Positions 39,281 to 52,534 are shown, counted from the stretch's first letter. The stretch: 64,000 nucleotides of DNA from Octopus vulgaris (GCA_951406725.2 OX597840.1:29326001-29390000), one strand, 5' to 3'. The notes: generated by a model from the letters alone, not told the origin. Numbers and translations are program-made.

Positions 39281-39379
39281 GTTAAAAATTATATTAAAAC
39301 TTTGTAAGTGTGCATATTTTCCTTTTTTAATTTCTTATATATATATATATATATACATCTTGGTAGGTGGGGGTGAGGG

Positions 39380-39411
<32 letters not shown>

Positions 39412-40072
39412 GGAGTAGTGGTTGTGTTAGTGATAACAACGATGATGACAATGACGATGAGGATAATGATGATAACGATGATGAAGATGATGGTGGTGGT
39501 GATGGTGATGCTGCTGATGATGATGGTGATTATTATACTTCATAAAACATGCCACTTTCTTTCTTATTTTTCTTTTCTTTTTCTCGCCCCCCCACCTCGC
39601 CCCCTCCCCCCACAGCAATCATTTCAAGTTTTTCTTCTTTTCTTCCAATCGTAAATAAAAACTGTAAAAGCCAATGTAGCTATTTCTTCTCATTCTCCAT
39701 GGAAAAGTTTTCAAAGAATGGTAGTGGTTGTGGTAGTTGTGGTGGTGGTAGTTGTGGTGGTGGTAGTGGTGGTGGTAGTTGTGGTGGTGGCGGTAGTTGT
39801 GGTGGCGGTAATTGTGGTGGTGGTGGTTGTGGTGGTGGTGTTGTAGGGTGAAGTGCAGTGATGCTACTCAATAATCTATAATGATCTATATGGTTTAATT
39901 AAGCAGCAATTGTACATATCTGGTGTATTTTTTCTTTTAACATGGAGAGGTGCTTGTCGTTTTTGAACGCTGTTGAGTTCTTTTGATGGTGGGAGATTGA
40001 GAGGAAAAATACACTGCTTCCCCCCTCTGCCCCCCGACTCCCCCCACCCCAAAAATATATATGTTATTGCAT

Positions 40073-40820
40073 GAAGAAAGAAGAAGAAGAAGAAGAAGAA
40101 GAAGAAGAAGAAGAAGAAGAAGAAGAAGAAGAAGGAGAAGAAGAATTGGAAGAAGAAGAAGAAGAAGAAGGAGAAGGAGAAGAAGAAGAAGAAGAAGAAG
40201 GAGAAGAAGAAGAAGGAGAAGAAGGACAAGAAGAAGGAGGAGGAGGAGAAGAAGAAGGGGAAGGAGAAGGAGAAGGAGAAGGAGAAGAAGAAAAGAAGAA
40301 GGAAAAGAAGAAGGAGAAGGAGAAGGAGAAGAAGAAGAAGAAGAAGAAGGAGAAGAAGAAGGAGAAGAAGAAGGAGAAGAAGAAGAAGAAGAAGAAGAAG
40401 AAGAAGAAGAAGATGATTTAGAAGAAGAAGAAGAAGGAGAAGGAGAAGAAGAAGGAGAAGGAGAAGGAGAAGAAGAAGAAGAAGAAGGAGAAGAAGAAGG
40501 AGAAGAAGAAGGAGAAGAAGAAGAAGAAGAAGAAGAAGAAGAAGATGATTTAGAAGAAGAAGAAGAAGGAGAAGGAGAAGAAGAAGGAGAAGGAGAAGGA
40601 GAAGAAGAAGAAGAAGAAGAAGGAGGAGAAGAAGAAGAAGGAGAAGAAGAAGGAGAAGAAGAAGGAGAAGAAGGAGAAGAAGAAGAAGAAGAAGAAGGAG
40701 AAGGAGAAGAAGAAGGAGAAGGAGAAGAAGAAGAAAGAGAAGAAGAATAAGGAGAAGGAGAAGAAGAAGAAAGAGAAGAAGAATAAGGAGAAGGAGAAGA
40801 AGAAGAGAAGAAGAAGAGAA
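40073..40820. repeat. (GAA)n/(GGA) purine microsatellite
   Basis: Direct inspection. Confidence 0.95.
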
Positions 40821-41639
40821 AATATGCAGAAGCAGAGAAGGAGAGGGGAGGAGAAGGATTGTTGTTGTTGTTGTTATTATTAGTAGTATTATAAAAGGAA
40901 ATCATCATCATCATCATCGTCATCATCATCATCAGCATCATCATCAGAATCATTAGCATACCAGGCAAAATGCTTGCCATGTTTTGAGTTCAAATTCCCC
41001 TGAGGCTGACTTTGCCGTTCATCCTTTTGGGGGTTGATAAAATAAGTACCAGTCATGTACTGTGGTCGATGTAATCGATTTATCCTCTCACTTTGAAATT
41101 GCTAGCCTTACTTTTTACTTTTTTTTAAAAACTTTTTTACTTGTTTCAGTCATGTGACTGTGGCCATGCTGGAACACTGCCTTTATTCGAGCAAATTAAC
41201 CCCAGGACTTAATCTTTGTAAGCCCAGTACTTATTCTATCGGTCTCTTTTGCCGAACCACTAAGTTACAGGGACGTAACTTTTTCTTGTAATTATATATT
41301 TTTTCTGCATTCGTATGTATTTTCTCATTCGTATATAATTTTCATTTATATATATTTTTTAGGCATGATTCACATTTAATTCTTAATTAATTAATTTCCT
41401 CTGATTTATAATTTTTTTTTCCAAAATTTTCGTTGCTTTTGCAACCTTGTCAAAGAATGTTGACTTTGGGGGAAAATATAATAAATCAGTGGAACTCAAA
41501 CTAGTGTGTATGTTGGTTACTAAGGCACTGAGACAATATTACTCTCCTCAGACACAACAAAATTTACTTCAACACACACATTCACATAAAGAATCTTACA
41601 AACCAGATGCAAAAACGAAATATAAGTAATTTATCTATT

Positions 41640-42052
41640 ACTCTTTTACTCTTTTACTTGTTTCAGTCATTTGACTGAGGCCATGCTGGAGCACCGCCTT
41701 TAGTCGAACAAATCGACCCCAGGACTTATTCTTTGACCTTATAGCCTAGTACTTATTCTATCGGTCTCTTTTGCCGAACTGCTAAGTAACGGGGACGTAA
41801 ACACACCAGCATCGGTTGTCAAGTGATGTTGGGAGAACAAACACAGACACACAAACACGCACATGCACATACATATATATACATATATACGACGGGCTTC
41901 TTTCAGTTTCCGTCTACCAAATTCACTGACAAGGCTTTGGTTGGCCCGAGGCTATAGTAGAAGACATTTGCCCAAGGTGCCACATAGTGGGACTGAACCC
42001 TGAACCATGTGGTCGGTAAGCAAGCTAATTACCACACAGCCACTCCTACGCC
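41640..42052 (-). mobile_element. SINE family A
   Basis: Full reverse copy. Confidence 0.9.
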
Positions 42053-42274
42053 TCCTATTATTAAATATAATAATATAAAATTCTTTACCAGTTTTTAAGT
42101 TAGAAAACAATTTGTCACTCTATTAGAATTTTCTTGTTATTAAATAAAATTTCATCAAACTAATTCTCAGTTATTTATGACTTTATACATTCCTTATATT
42201 CTTCTCTGGTATAATAGAATGATACATTAAGAAGCAACAATATGCACACAACAGGCAATAACAGAGGAATTCAA

Positions 42275-42562
42275 GACAGGATGCCCCTGCCTCTACCTGG
42301 AATTCTTCACTGTACACATTGCCAATTCTCACCTTACTGACAGCATCTCTGTACATGGCTTGCACAGCTCTCACTAACCATTCTTCTATCTCTAGTTTCC
42401 TCATTGACCACCAGATAAGGGATCAAGGGACCCTGTCAAAGGCTTTCTCCATGTCAACGAAAGCCAGGTACAGGGGTTTATCTTTTGCTAGGTATTTCTC
42501 CTGCAGCTGTCTCACCAGAAATATAGCATCAGTGTTACTTTTCCCTGGCATGAAACCAAACT
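42275..42562 (-). pseudogene. RTE-clade reverse transcriptase fragment
   Basis: QFGFMPGKSNTDAIFLVRQLQEKYLAKDKPLYLAFVDMEKAFDRVP; MRKLEIEEWLVRAVQAMY. Confidence 0.9.
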
Positions 42563-42653
42563 GTATGTATATACATATTATACATACATATATACATATT
42601 ACATATATACATATTATACATATCAAAATAAGCAACAAATATATCCAAGGTTG

Positions 42654-42741
42654 TGTAGTACAATTGTTTCATGCAACATCATTTTATTAAACAATGTAAG
42701 TATTACATCAGTTTTAAAATGTCGAGCAATCTTCAGCCACA
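42654..42741 (-). ncRNA. Type I hammerhead ribozyme (inverted arm of foldback)
   Basis: ugugg-CUGAAGA-uugc...gcau-GAAAC-aauu-GUA-cuaca. Confidence 0.8.
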
Positions 42742-42831
42742 TATAGAACTTTTCAATTAAACTGACAATGCATATACATTCTGACAATGTATAAGAATAT
42801 GCATTGTCCGTTTTAATTAAAAAATTCTATA

Positions 42832-42917
42832 TGTGGCTGAAGATTGCTCGATATTTTAAAACTGATGTAATACTTACATTGTTTAATAAATAAGTAGCAT
42901 GAAACAATTGTACTACA
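42832..42917 (+). ncRNA. Type I hammerhead ribozyme (sense arm of foldback ~42620-42955)
   Basis: ugugg-CUGAAGA-(u)ugcu...agca(u)-GAAAC-aauu-GUA-cuaca; palindromic stem III. Confidence 0.85.
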
Positions 42918-43072
42918 CTACTATATAGTTATATCTTTGTTGCTTATTATGATTATAATCACCTCATTTGATTTATATGGATAATACCATACCAAATTCT
43001 AGTGCCTTGAACTTAAGTACCATATTCATCTGAATCTAAATTTTACATACATACATACATACATACATATAT

Positions 43073-44058
43073 GAGGCGTTTAGTAACAGTGCTGTAAGCA
43101 CCACCCTCACTTTTTTCGAGGTTAGTAAGTAATTTTCTTTCTCTTGACATCTAGAATCCCAAAAAGTTGGGAGGAATAACTGGTGAAGCATGCAATAAAG
43201 TCGAAAATCCAGCTGGAATAAATTGTACCCCGACGCTATTCACATATCAGTCACTCACCAAAACTCGGACCAGAGAGTTCAGTAACACACCATCGTAAGC
43301 ACCATGCTCAATCAATAACTTTAGTGCGGTCCCTGTATCGTTTTTCAAGGTGTTACAGCCCATTCTCTGATATTCCACTTTACCATCGAAATGATAATGG
43401 GCCATTATCTTCCTATCTTGTCTTACTTAACCTCTTAAAGATACTTACCTTGGTATATTAAAACACAAACAGTACCTTTGGTGGGTCTCTGTATGTTTTT
43501 TCTGGGTATTATGGCTAAAATATGCAATGTGATACACCATTTTGTGGTACAGGTATATTCTACAAAATGAGAAAGACACAGTCATTGTTTCATCTGTCAG
43601 ATACAGGAAAGGAATTTCAACCGTGTTTCGGGGTCTGCTACCACAACAGCTCCTTTATAGGATCCAGTTAGCTCAAGACATCATCAGGAGGAACCACGTC
43701 TGGTTTCGGCCCCTACTCCTCTACCATTTTGACGTGGCAGGCCCCCTCCCTTTCGGAGGTGTATTCAGCTCTGGTGTTGGGTGCATGTCTTCTTTCTTCT
43801 GTTCCCTGGCCTCTTCGATGTATCGTCAGCGAGTGTCAGCCGGTGACTGACTGTCTTGTCACATTTTTCCCTTTAAATACCTGCCGCATACGCTCCAGCA
43901 GGCAGAAAATAAATAATTTTACATTGGTGGAATAAGACCCAAACAAGCTTCTTAACTTCATTCCTTGCTGAGATATCACATTCTGAAAGGCCCGAAAATT
44001 TGCATTTTTCTTTGTTTTTAAGATGTGGTGCTTATGATGATCTCTTACTAAATGCCCC
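43073..44058. mobile_element. ~990-bp TIR DNA element, possibly Sola2-like non-autonomous
   Basis: Left end gaggcgtttagtaacag...taagcaccac; right end reverse complement ggggcatttagtaagag...taagcaccac; atat on both flanks. Confidence 0.6.
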
Positions 44059-44179
44059 ATATAGGATGTGATGGATAAATTGTCACCATTTTATATTTTT
44101 AATTTCACGTATGCTCATTGTTTGTTTTTGACTTTGTCAACCACACAAGAAAAATAGCACAATGACACAATTCATTCTG

Positions 44180-45100
44180 CCAGAAATTTGGAAATGACAT
44201 GCTGTACTGCTTGGCATTGGCACCGGAAGCTCCAATACGAATAAATGGTGAACGCACAGAACAACCATTGGCTTGCCATGTTTCCAAAACATGTACTGAA
44301 AGTGATAAAAATCAAGCAACCAGCCAACATCATGGTGTTTGGAATGATCACTAGTGATGGTGACGTTATGCCTCCATTCATCTCCTCATAGGAGTGGCTG
44401 AGTGGTAAGTAGCTTGTTTATCAACCACATGGTTCTGGGTTCAGTCCCACTGCGTGGTACCTTGGGCAAATGTCTTCTACTATAGCTCTGGGCCGACCAA
44501 AGCCTTGTGAGTGGATTTAGTAGACGGAAACTGAAAGAAGCCCGTCGTATATATGTATATATATTTATATATATGTGTGTGTGTTTGTCCCCTCATCATT
44601 GCTTGACAACTGATGCTGGTGTGTTTATGCCCCCGTAACTTAGCAGTTCAGCAAAAGAGACCGATAGAATAAGTACTGGGCTTGCAAAGAATAAGTGCTG
44701 GGGCCGATTTGCTCGACTAAAGGCGGTGCTCCAGCATGGCTGTAGTCAAATGACTGAAACAAGTAAAGGAGTTAAGAGTATATGGCCTCACAATCAATAT
44801 GGAGACCTACATCAAGTGCCTGGAGGAGGTGGTGCTGCCCTAAGTGAAGAAAGTGGCTGCTGTAGGATCCTGTGTCTGGCAACAGGACTCTGCACCATGC
44901 TGCACAAGCAGGAGAACCCAGTCATGGTTGTCAGACAATTTCTGTGACCACATCACACCTAACATCTGGCCACCTAACTGCCCAGACTGCAACCCCCTAC
45001 ATTATTATGTGTAGGGTACAGTTGAGTGAGAGACCAACAAAACTCCTTGTAACACCAAAGATGAACTAAAGGCAAGGATTATGGTAGCATTCACCAACTT
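44180..45100 (+). pseudogene. maT/DD37D-like transposase relic split by a SINE
   Basis: KQPANIMVFGMITSDGDVMPPFI | YIKCLEEVVLP...VWQQDSAP...WPPNCPDCNP. Confidence 0.8.
44388..44779 (+). mobile_element. SINE family A inserted in transposase relic
   Basis: Full copy. Confidence 0.9.
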
Positions 45101-45395
45101 TGTTACCGGTACCCTATGAGCATAGTGTGCTTGTATACCCATGCCCAGGGTTAACATAGGTAAATGATACCGGTAGTAAGAATGGATATTCTTTTCCCTT
45201 GGATGGTTATTCTGACTGCTAAATCTACTTACCTTTATATATATATAAATGTATATATTATAAATATATATTACAAATATATATACACATGGCTTATATT
45301 ACAAATAAGCCCTATAAAAGAACTTGGAAGGTTGGTCCTCCAGCCAGACCTTTTGTGATACCTTTGCAACACCTCCTCCTGTCCCCATATATCTA

Positions 45396-45515
<120 letters not shown>

Positions 45516-45815
45516 TACATACATACATACATGCATACATACATACATACATACATACATACATACATACATACATACATACATACATACATACATACAC
45601 ACAGAGACATATATATATTTGTACATAGGTGTATGTATATATATATATATATATATAGCGAAAAGTTGAGGTTATAAGAGATAATGGTGTCATTGAGACC
45701 CAAAGGTGTCAGGTAATGCTGAATAAGTGTTATAGACAGACCAGAGTTAAGTTTTAGATTCGGTAATATTGCGAATAAAGGGTTCAACATTGGTTCTATG
45801 TCAGCGTGTGTACAA

Positions 45816-45932
<117 letters not shown>

Positions 45933-46419
45933 TAAACACACACACAAGGTCTTGGTTGTCTCATGGCTGTAGTAGAAGACACTAGCCCAAGGTGCCACGT
46001 AATGGGACTGAACCTAGAACCATGTGGTTGGGAAACAAATTTCTTATCGCACAACCCACTCCTATAAAAGGAATAAACAAAATCCTTCCATGCTGCAATA
46101 CTAAAACAAAATGTTCACACTGAATTACATTTTGTTTGTAAAACCATGAGAAAGTTTAGACAAAATTTTTGATAATAAAAATAATGAAAGATTTCATTGA
46201 ATGAAAATAAATAATAAATACAAATAATTTGTAATAAAATAAAATAAAATAAAATAAAATAAAATGAAATAATAGGAATAAAGAAATAAAAGGATAATAT
46301 AAAAATGAGAAACCCTTTTTCCTTTTCAGACCATGAATTTCCTCATTTTGTTTGTAAAGTACTAAAAGGGAAAATATATTTATTTTTATTACATCTGTGA
46401 TTGCACGCAAGTGTTTAAA

Positions 46420-46529
46420 AGGTGTGTGTGTGTGTGTGTGTGTGTGTGTCTGTATGTGTGTGCATATCTATGTGTGTGTGTATATATATATGTGTGTGTG
46501 AGTGTGTGTGTGTCTATGTGTGTGTGTGT

Positions 46530-46621
<92 letters not shown>

Positions 46622-46710
46622 GTGTATGTGTGTGTGTGCATGTTTATATGTGTGTGTATATATGTATTTATATGTGTGTGTGTATGTGTGTGTGCATGTC
46701 TATGTGTGTG

Positions 46711-46743
<33 letters not shown>

Positions 46744-46840
46744 CTATGTGTGTGTGTATGTGTGTGTGTGTGTGCATGTCTATGTGTGTGTATATATATG
46801 TGTGTGTGTGTATGTGTGTGTGTGCATGTCTATGTGTGTG

Positions 46841-46900
<60 letters not shown>

Positions 46901-47222
46901 AATTTCAATTCAGAAAGTGTTTCATGTTGATGTCTGATTAACTTAACCTATGTTGTAACATATATGTATGCATGTATACACACACACATGCATACATGGA
47001 TGCATGCATAGATAGATAGATTGATAGATGTATACATACACATATGTGTATATATCAACATATAAGTAGATACGTATATGCATAAATGTATGTATGCTGC
47101 AATATATATATATATAGGGAGAGATAGAGAGAGAGAGAGAGAGAAAGAGAAAGAGAGAGAGAAAGAGAGATATGAGAAAGACAGACAGACAGACAAATAA
47201 ATAGATACATATAAACAGACAA

Positions 47223-47282
<60 letters not shown>

Positions 47283-47304
47283 GGAGAGAGATAGATAGAC
47301 AGAC

Positions 47305-47387
<83 letters not shown>

Positions 47388-47419
47388 GAGATAGATAGAC
47401 AGACAGACAGATAGATAGG

Positions 47420-47475
<56 letters not shown>

Positions 47476-47580
47476 CAGACAGACAAATAAATAGATACAT
47501 ATAAACAGACAGACAGATAGACAGACAGTTAGATTCATAAGTAGATAGATAGAAAGATAGATAGACAGATAGATAGACCG
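46420..47580. repeat. (TG)n then (GATA/GACA)n compound microsatellites
   Basis: Direct inspection. Confidence 0.95.
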
Positions 47581-48080
47581 ACATTTGCACATGAATATAC
47601 ATTTAACAATCCTGGTAAGTAAATATGAGACAACAGCATGAAATATTTCTCGCAGAAAAACTGAAGTGAAATGCCAGAAAAGTTTTATTTATTTATTGAC
47701 TTTTTTGATTTTATCACTTTTGATTTAGTGAAAAATTCCATTTACCAATTCTTAAACTTTTGGCACAACATGAACCGAAATGTAAATGACTTTGGAGATT
47801 CAATTGTGCAATAAAATCAAAATACAAACCATCAATATTTATTACATGGCTCTTACGTTGTTATTCTGCTGAAAGATTTCTGTGCACAAGGTGGAGGGGT
47901 TGGGATGGTGGGTTAGTTTTTATTACAGGTGTGTGTCGGAATTTTCCTTCTTTCAGTTAATGTAGTGGATTAAATCAGGCTAGGTGTTTGGGCGAGATGA
48001 GTGCTTGATTCATAATCATGAGGGTGCGGTTTCAAGCCTGCTACATTGTTAGACTAGTGTTAAGGAGGTCATGGGTCATT

Positions 48081-48470
48081 GTGGAGGCGCAATGGCCCAG
48101 TGGTTAGGGCAGCGGACTCGCAGTCATAGGATCGTGGTTTCGATTCCCAGACCGGGCGTTGTGAGTGTTTATTGAGCGAAAACACCTAAAAGCTCCACGA
48201 GGCTCCGGCAGGGGATGGTGGTGAACCCTGCTGTACTCTTTCAACACAACTTTCTCTCACTCTTACTTCCTGTTTCTGTTGTACCTGTATTTCAAGGGGC
48301 CGGCCTTGTCACTCTCTGTGTCACGCTGAATATCCCCGAGAACTACGTTAAGGGTACACGTGTCTGTGGAGTGCTCAACCATATACACGTTAATTTCACG
48401 AGCAGGCTGTTCCGTTGATTCGGATCAACCGGAACCCTCGTCGTCGTAACTGACGGAGTGCTTCCATCAT
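48081..48470 (+). mobile_element. SINE family D
   Basis: A-box tggcccagtgg, B-box-like ggtttcgattcc; CpG-rich, so probably a young copy. Confidence 0.85.
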
Positions 48471-48610
48471 CCATGGGTCATTAGAGTTTGTTATGCATGG
48501 AATGAAAATTAGTAACTAATTACAGCAAACATTCTCCAAGTACTGTCTCTTTCAAAATCGATTGACACCCAGCATGCAGAATCCCTGTGTGTATGTATAT
48601 GTGTGTGTGT

Positions 48611-48769
48611 GCAGGAGTGGTTGTGTGGTAAGTAGCTTGCTAACCAACCACATGGTTCCGGGTTCAGTCACACTGCATGGCATCTTGGGCAAATGTCTTC
48701 TGCTATAGCCCCGGGCCGACCAATGCCTTGTGAGAGGATTTGGTAGGTGGAAACTGAAAGAAGCCCGTC

Positions 48770-48821
<52 letters not shown>

Positions 48822-49046
48822 CTGTGTGTTTGTGTGTCTGTGTTTGTCCCCTAGCATTGCTTGACAACCAATGCTGGTGTGTTTACGTCCCCGTCACTTA
48901 GCGGTTCGGCAAAAGAGACCGATAGAATAAGTACTGGGCTTACAAAGAATAAGTCCCGGGGTCGAGTTGCTCGATTAAAGGCGGTGCTCCAGCATGGCCG
49001 CAGTCAAATGACTGAAACAAGTAAAAGAGTATAAGAGTAAAAGAGT
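48611..49046 (+). mobile_element. SINE family A
   Basis: Full copy; followed by inverted partial copy 49072-49232. Confidence 0.9.
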
Positions 49047-49530
49047 ATACATATATGTGTGTATATATTTTTTTACTTGTTTCAGTAATGTGAGTGTGGC
49101 CATGCTGGAGCACCACTTTAGTCGAGCAAATCAAGCCCAGGACTTATTCTTTGTAAGCCTAGTACTTATTCTATCGGTATCTTTTGCCGAACCGCTAAGT
49201 TACAGGGACGTAATCACACCAGCATCGGTTGTCACGGGGAGTAGATGACAAAGGGACAACTGAAGAAGGGGAATATTCCTTGTGTTGTATGTCTTGTTTC
49301 ACTGGGTTTTTTTGTCGTTGTTCCCCCCAAAAAGTTCGTTTCCTATGTTTTTGATTTTATGTTTTCGTTTCTCATTGTGTTCAACGTTTTTTTGATGTCC
49401 TGTACCTATATATTCATGTATATATACATACAGATATAGGTATGTACATATATATATATGTATATATGCATATATTTATATATTATTTATATTATATATA
49501 TATACATACAAATACATGTATACATGCATA

Positions 49531-49591
<61 letters not shown>

Positions 49592-49697
49592 GAAAGAATG
49601 GAGTCGAACGAAGATGTTAACAAAATTCCTTTACAAAATTCCTTGTAGGCAATCATCGAAATTTTTGTTTGTCTTGTTGTCGAGAGAGGCTCCCTTT

Positions 49698-49779
49698 CTT
49701 TCCTGGTGAGAAGTTTGCATAATGCACTCTTTATTTCTTTGGAATGAAAACATGCTGTCTTCGAAACATGTGTCGAGAG
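49698..49779 (+). ncRNA. Type I hammerhead ribozyme with A6G change, in (TA)n-flanked island 49588-49884
   Basis: cuuuc-CUGGUGA-gaag...cuuc-GAAAC-augu-GUC-gagag. Confidence 0.7.
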
Positions 49780-49881
49780 TAAAGGAATTTTGTTAAGTTT
49801 TTTGACGTGAATTTGCTACCCAGGTTTCGGTTAAACGAATTTTCCATGCTGACGATAAACATAGGATAATTCATTCACCTA

Positions 49882-49956
<75 letters not shown>

Positions 49957-50144
49957 TTATATAATTAGGGTTTAGTAAAATGAATTACTTTGCCACATAC
50001 TGAACTTAGTAGAAATAGCAGCCAAAAAAAATTTTCTTAGCATTTCTACAACTTAAAGAAAATTTCTCTCAGATAATGTTTACTCCAGACAGCCCACGAA
50101 GGTTTGGAGGTAAATACAGAAAAATATCACAAGTACATAGATCG

Positions 50145-50207
50145 TTTGAGTACGTCAACGTTTCAAGATTAGCCAAATAAAATCAGCATTTCTATCGTCA
50201 GCTCAAA
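50145..50207 (-). ncRNA. Type I hammerhead ribozyme in (TA)n-flanked island 49961-50337
   Basis: uuugag-CUGACGA-(stem II aga...ucu)-GAAAC-guugac-GUA-cucaaa; 6-bp stem I. Confidence 0.85.
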
Positions 50208-50334
50208 ATTTCTTAATTTGGATTTGGAAACACTAAAAAGAAGGAACTTTACCTATCAGCGAACTTATCGCTTCAGATGAACCACTCCGACTAACAGTGT
50301 CAACAAATTCAAAATGCGCAGGCGTAAATTTCTT

Positions 50335-50376
<42 letters not shown>

Positions 50377-51064
50377 TAATCAATATAGGGTGGCAAAAAA
50401 AAATTTTGTAGAATTCTTTTGCCACCAGCGGCCTAGTAGGAAAAAATTAAAATAGTCAAAGACCATTTTTAAGTTCAACATCAACAATAAAGGAACGGCC
50501 ATAATAGGCCATTCACCCACTAGAAATAACAGCCAAAGCTTCAACCGCAAATAAAAGTTAATTCAGTAAACCAGGAGAAAATTTAAAAAACATTTACCCT
50601 GTAATTTCTTATACGATATACCGTTTCATCTGCTGATTAATGGTAAACTAACCTGATTAAATTAAATCAAGCCAATTTACAGGGTAAATGTTTTTTAAAT
50701 TTTCTCCTGGTTTACTGAATTAACTTTTATTTGCGGTTGAAGCTTTGGCTGTTATTTCTAGTGGGTGAATGGCCTATTATATGGCCGTTCCTTTATTGTT
50801 GATGTTGAACTTAAAAATGGTCTTTGACTATTTTAATTTTTTCCTACTAGGCCGCTGGTGGCAAAGAATTCTACAAAATTTTTTTTGCCACCCTATATTG
50901 ATTAATTATGAATTTTCTGGTTAATTCCGTAATGGAATCGACGGCTTATATTTATTTGCTGCCGATAAATTGGCGCGAGTGCGACGATTTGAAAATTTTA
51001 GGTCAGATATTAACTTGGCAACGTCGGAAATGCCTCGTGAAAATATCTGTTCCGTCTTGGGCTC

Positions 51065-51169
51065 TTTCTTACTGAAGAATCTGAGGGCCTGTGGAAGATT
51101 GGCTTGATTTAATTTAATCAGGTTAGTTTACCATTAATCAGCAGATGAAACGGTATATCGTATAAGAAA
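51065..51169 (+). ncRNA. Type I hammerhead ribozyme, unit 1
   Basis: uuucuua-CUGAAGA-aucug...cagau-GAAAC-gg(uaua)uc-GUA-uaagaaa; predicted cleavage after 51162. Confidence 0.92.
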
Positions 51170-51556
51170 TTACAGGGTAAATGTTTTTTAAATTTTCTCC
51201 TGGTTTACTGAATTAACTTTTATTTGCGGTTGAAGCTTTGGCTGTTATTTCTAGTGGGTGAATGGCCTATTATGGCCGTTCCTTTATTGTTGATGTTGAA
51301 CTTAAAAATGGTCTTTGACTATTTTAATTTTTTCCTACTAGGCCGCTGGTGGCAAAAGAATTCTACAAAATTTTTTTTGCCACCCTATATTGATTAATTA
51401 TGAATTTTCTGGTTAATTCCGTAATGGAATCGACGGCTTATATTTATTTGCTGCCGATAAATTTGGCGCGAGTGCGACGATTTGAAAATTTTAGGTCAGA
51501 TATTAACTTGGCAACGTCGGAAATGCCTCGTGAAAATATCTGTTCCGTCTTGGGCT

Positions 51557-51663
51557 ATTTCTTACTGAAGAATCTGAGGGCCTGTGGAAGATTGGCTTGA
51601 TTTAATTTAATCAGGTTAGTTTACCATTAATCAGCAGATGAAACGGTATATCGTATAAGAAAT
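51557..51663 (+). ncRNA. Type I hammerhead ribozyme, unit 2
   Basis: Same motif 493 nt downstream, 8-bp stem I auuucuua/uaagaaau. Confidence 0.92.
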
Positions 51664-51800
51664 TACAGGGTAAATGTTTTTTAAATTTTCTCCTGGTTTA
51701 TGAATTAACTTTTATTTGCGGTTAGCTTTGGCTGTTATTTCTAGTGGGTGAATGGCCTATTATGGCCGTTCCTTTATTGTTGATATATATATATATATAA

Positions 51801-51861
<61 letters not shown>

Positions 51862-51957
51862 TGCACATATATGTGTGTGTGTGTTAAACCACTAAACCCT
51901 ACACATGTTTCTCTCTTTCCATTTTTTCATTGTCTCTCCATCTTTTTCCATTCATCC

Positions 51958-51993
51958 CTTTCTGTTGAAGAGTGCAAGCATGAAACTTCAAAG
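51958..51993 (+). ncRNA. Atypical hammerhead-like motif (CUGUNGAA core), decayed copy
   Basis: cuuu-CUGUUGAA-gagugcaagcau-GAAAC-UUC-aaag. Confidence 0.45.
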
Positions 51994-52044
51994 AATTTTC
52001 CATTCTTCTCGAGTGTCAAACCAGTACACCTACTTGCATATTCT

Positions 52045-52448
52045 CTCTCTTTCACTTGTTTCAGTCATTTGACTGCGGCCATGCTGGAGCACCGCCTTGA
52101 ATCGAGCAACTCGACCCCGGGACTTATTCTTTTTGTAAGCCCAGTACTTATTCTATCGGTCTCTTTTGCCGAACCGCTAAGTAACGGGGACATAAACACA
52201 CCAGCATCGGTTGTCAAGCAATGCTACGGGGACAAACACAGACACACAAACATACATACATATATATAGATAGATACATATATACGACGGGCTTCTTTCA
52301 GTTTCCATCTGCCAAATCCACTCACAAGACTTTGTTCGGCCCGAGGCTATAGTAGAAGATACTTACCCAAGGTGCCATGCAGTGAGACTGAACCCGGAAC
52401 CATGTAGTTGGTTAGCAAGCTACTTACCACACAGCCACTCCTGCGCCT
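52045..52448 (-). mobile_element. SINE family A
   Basis: Full reverse copy. Confidence 0.9.

Positions 52449-52534
<86 letters not shown>

Larger units (their letters stand above)
50372..51783 (+). mobile_element. Retrozyme-like element: inverted 5' segment (50372-50676) plus 493-bp unit x2.25, in (TA)n
   Basis: Units start ttacagggtaaatg at 50677, 51170 and 51663; one HHR per full unit. Confidence 0.9.

Noticed and set aside
43615-43695. CUGAUGA...GAAAC on the minus strand
   Set aside because: Stems I and II do not pair next to the core; likely chance
48085-48160. tRNA-like sequence
   Set aside because: Acceptor stem not closed; continues into a SINE body with a second copy at 34470-34762
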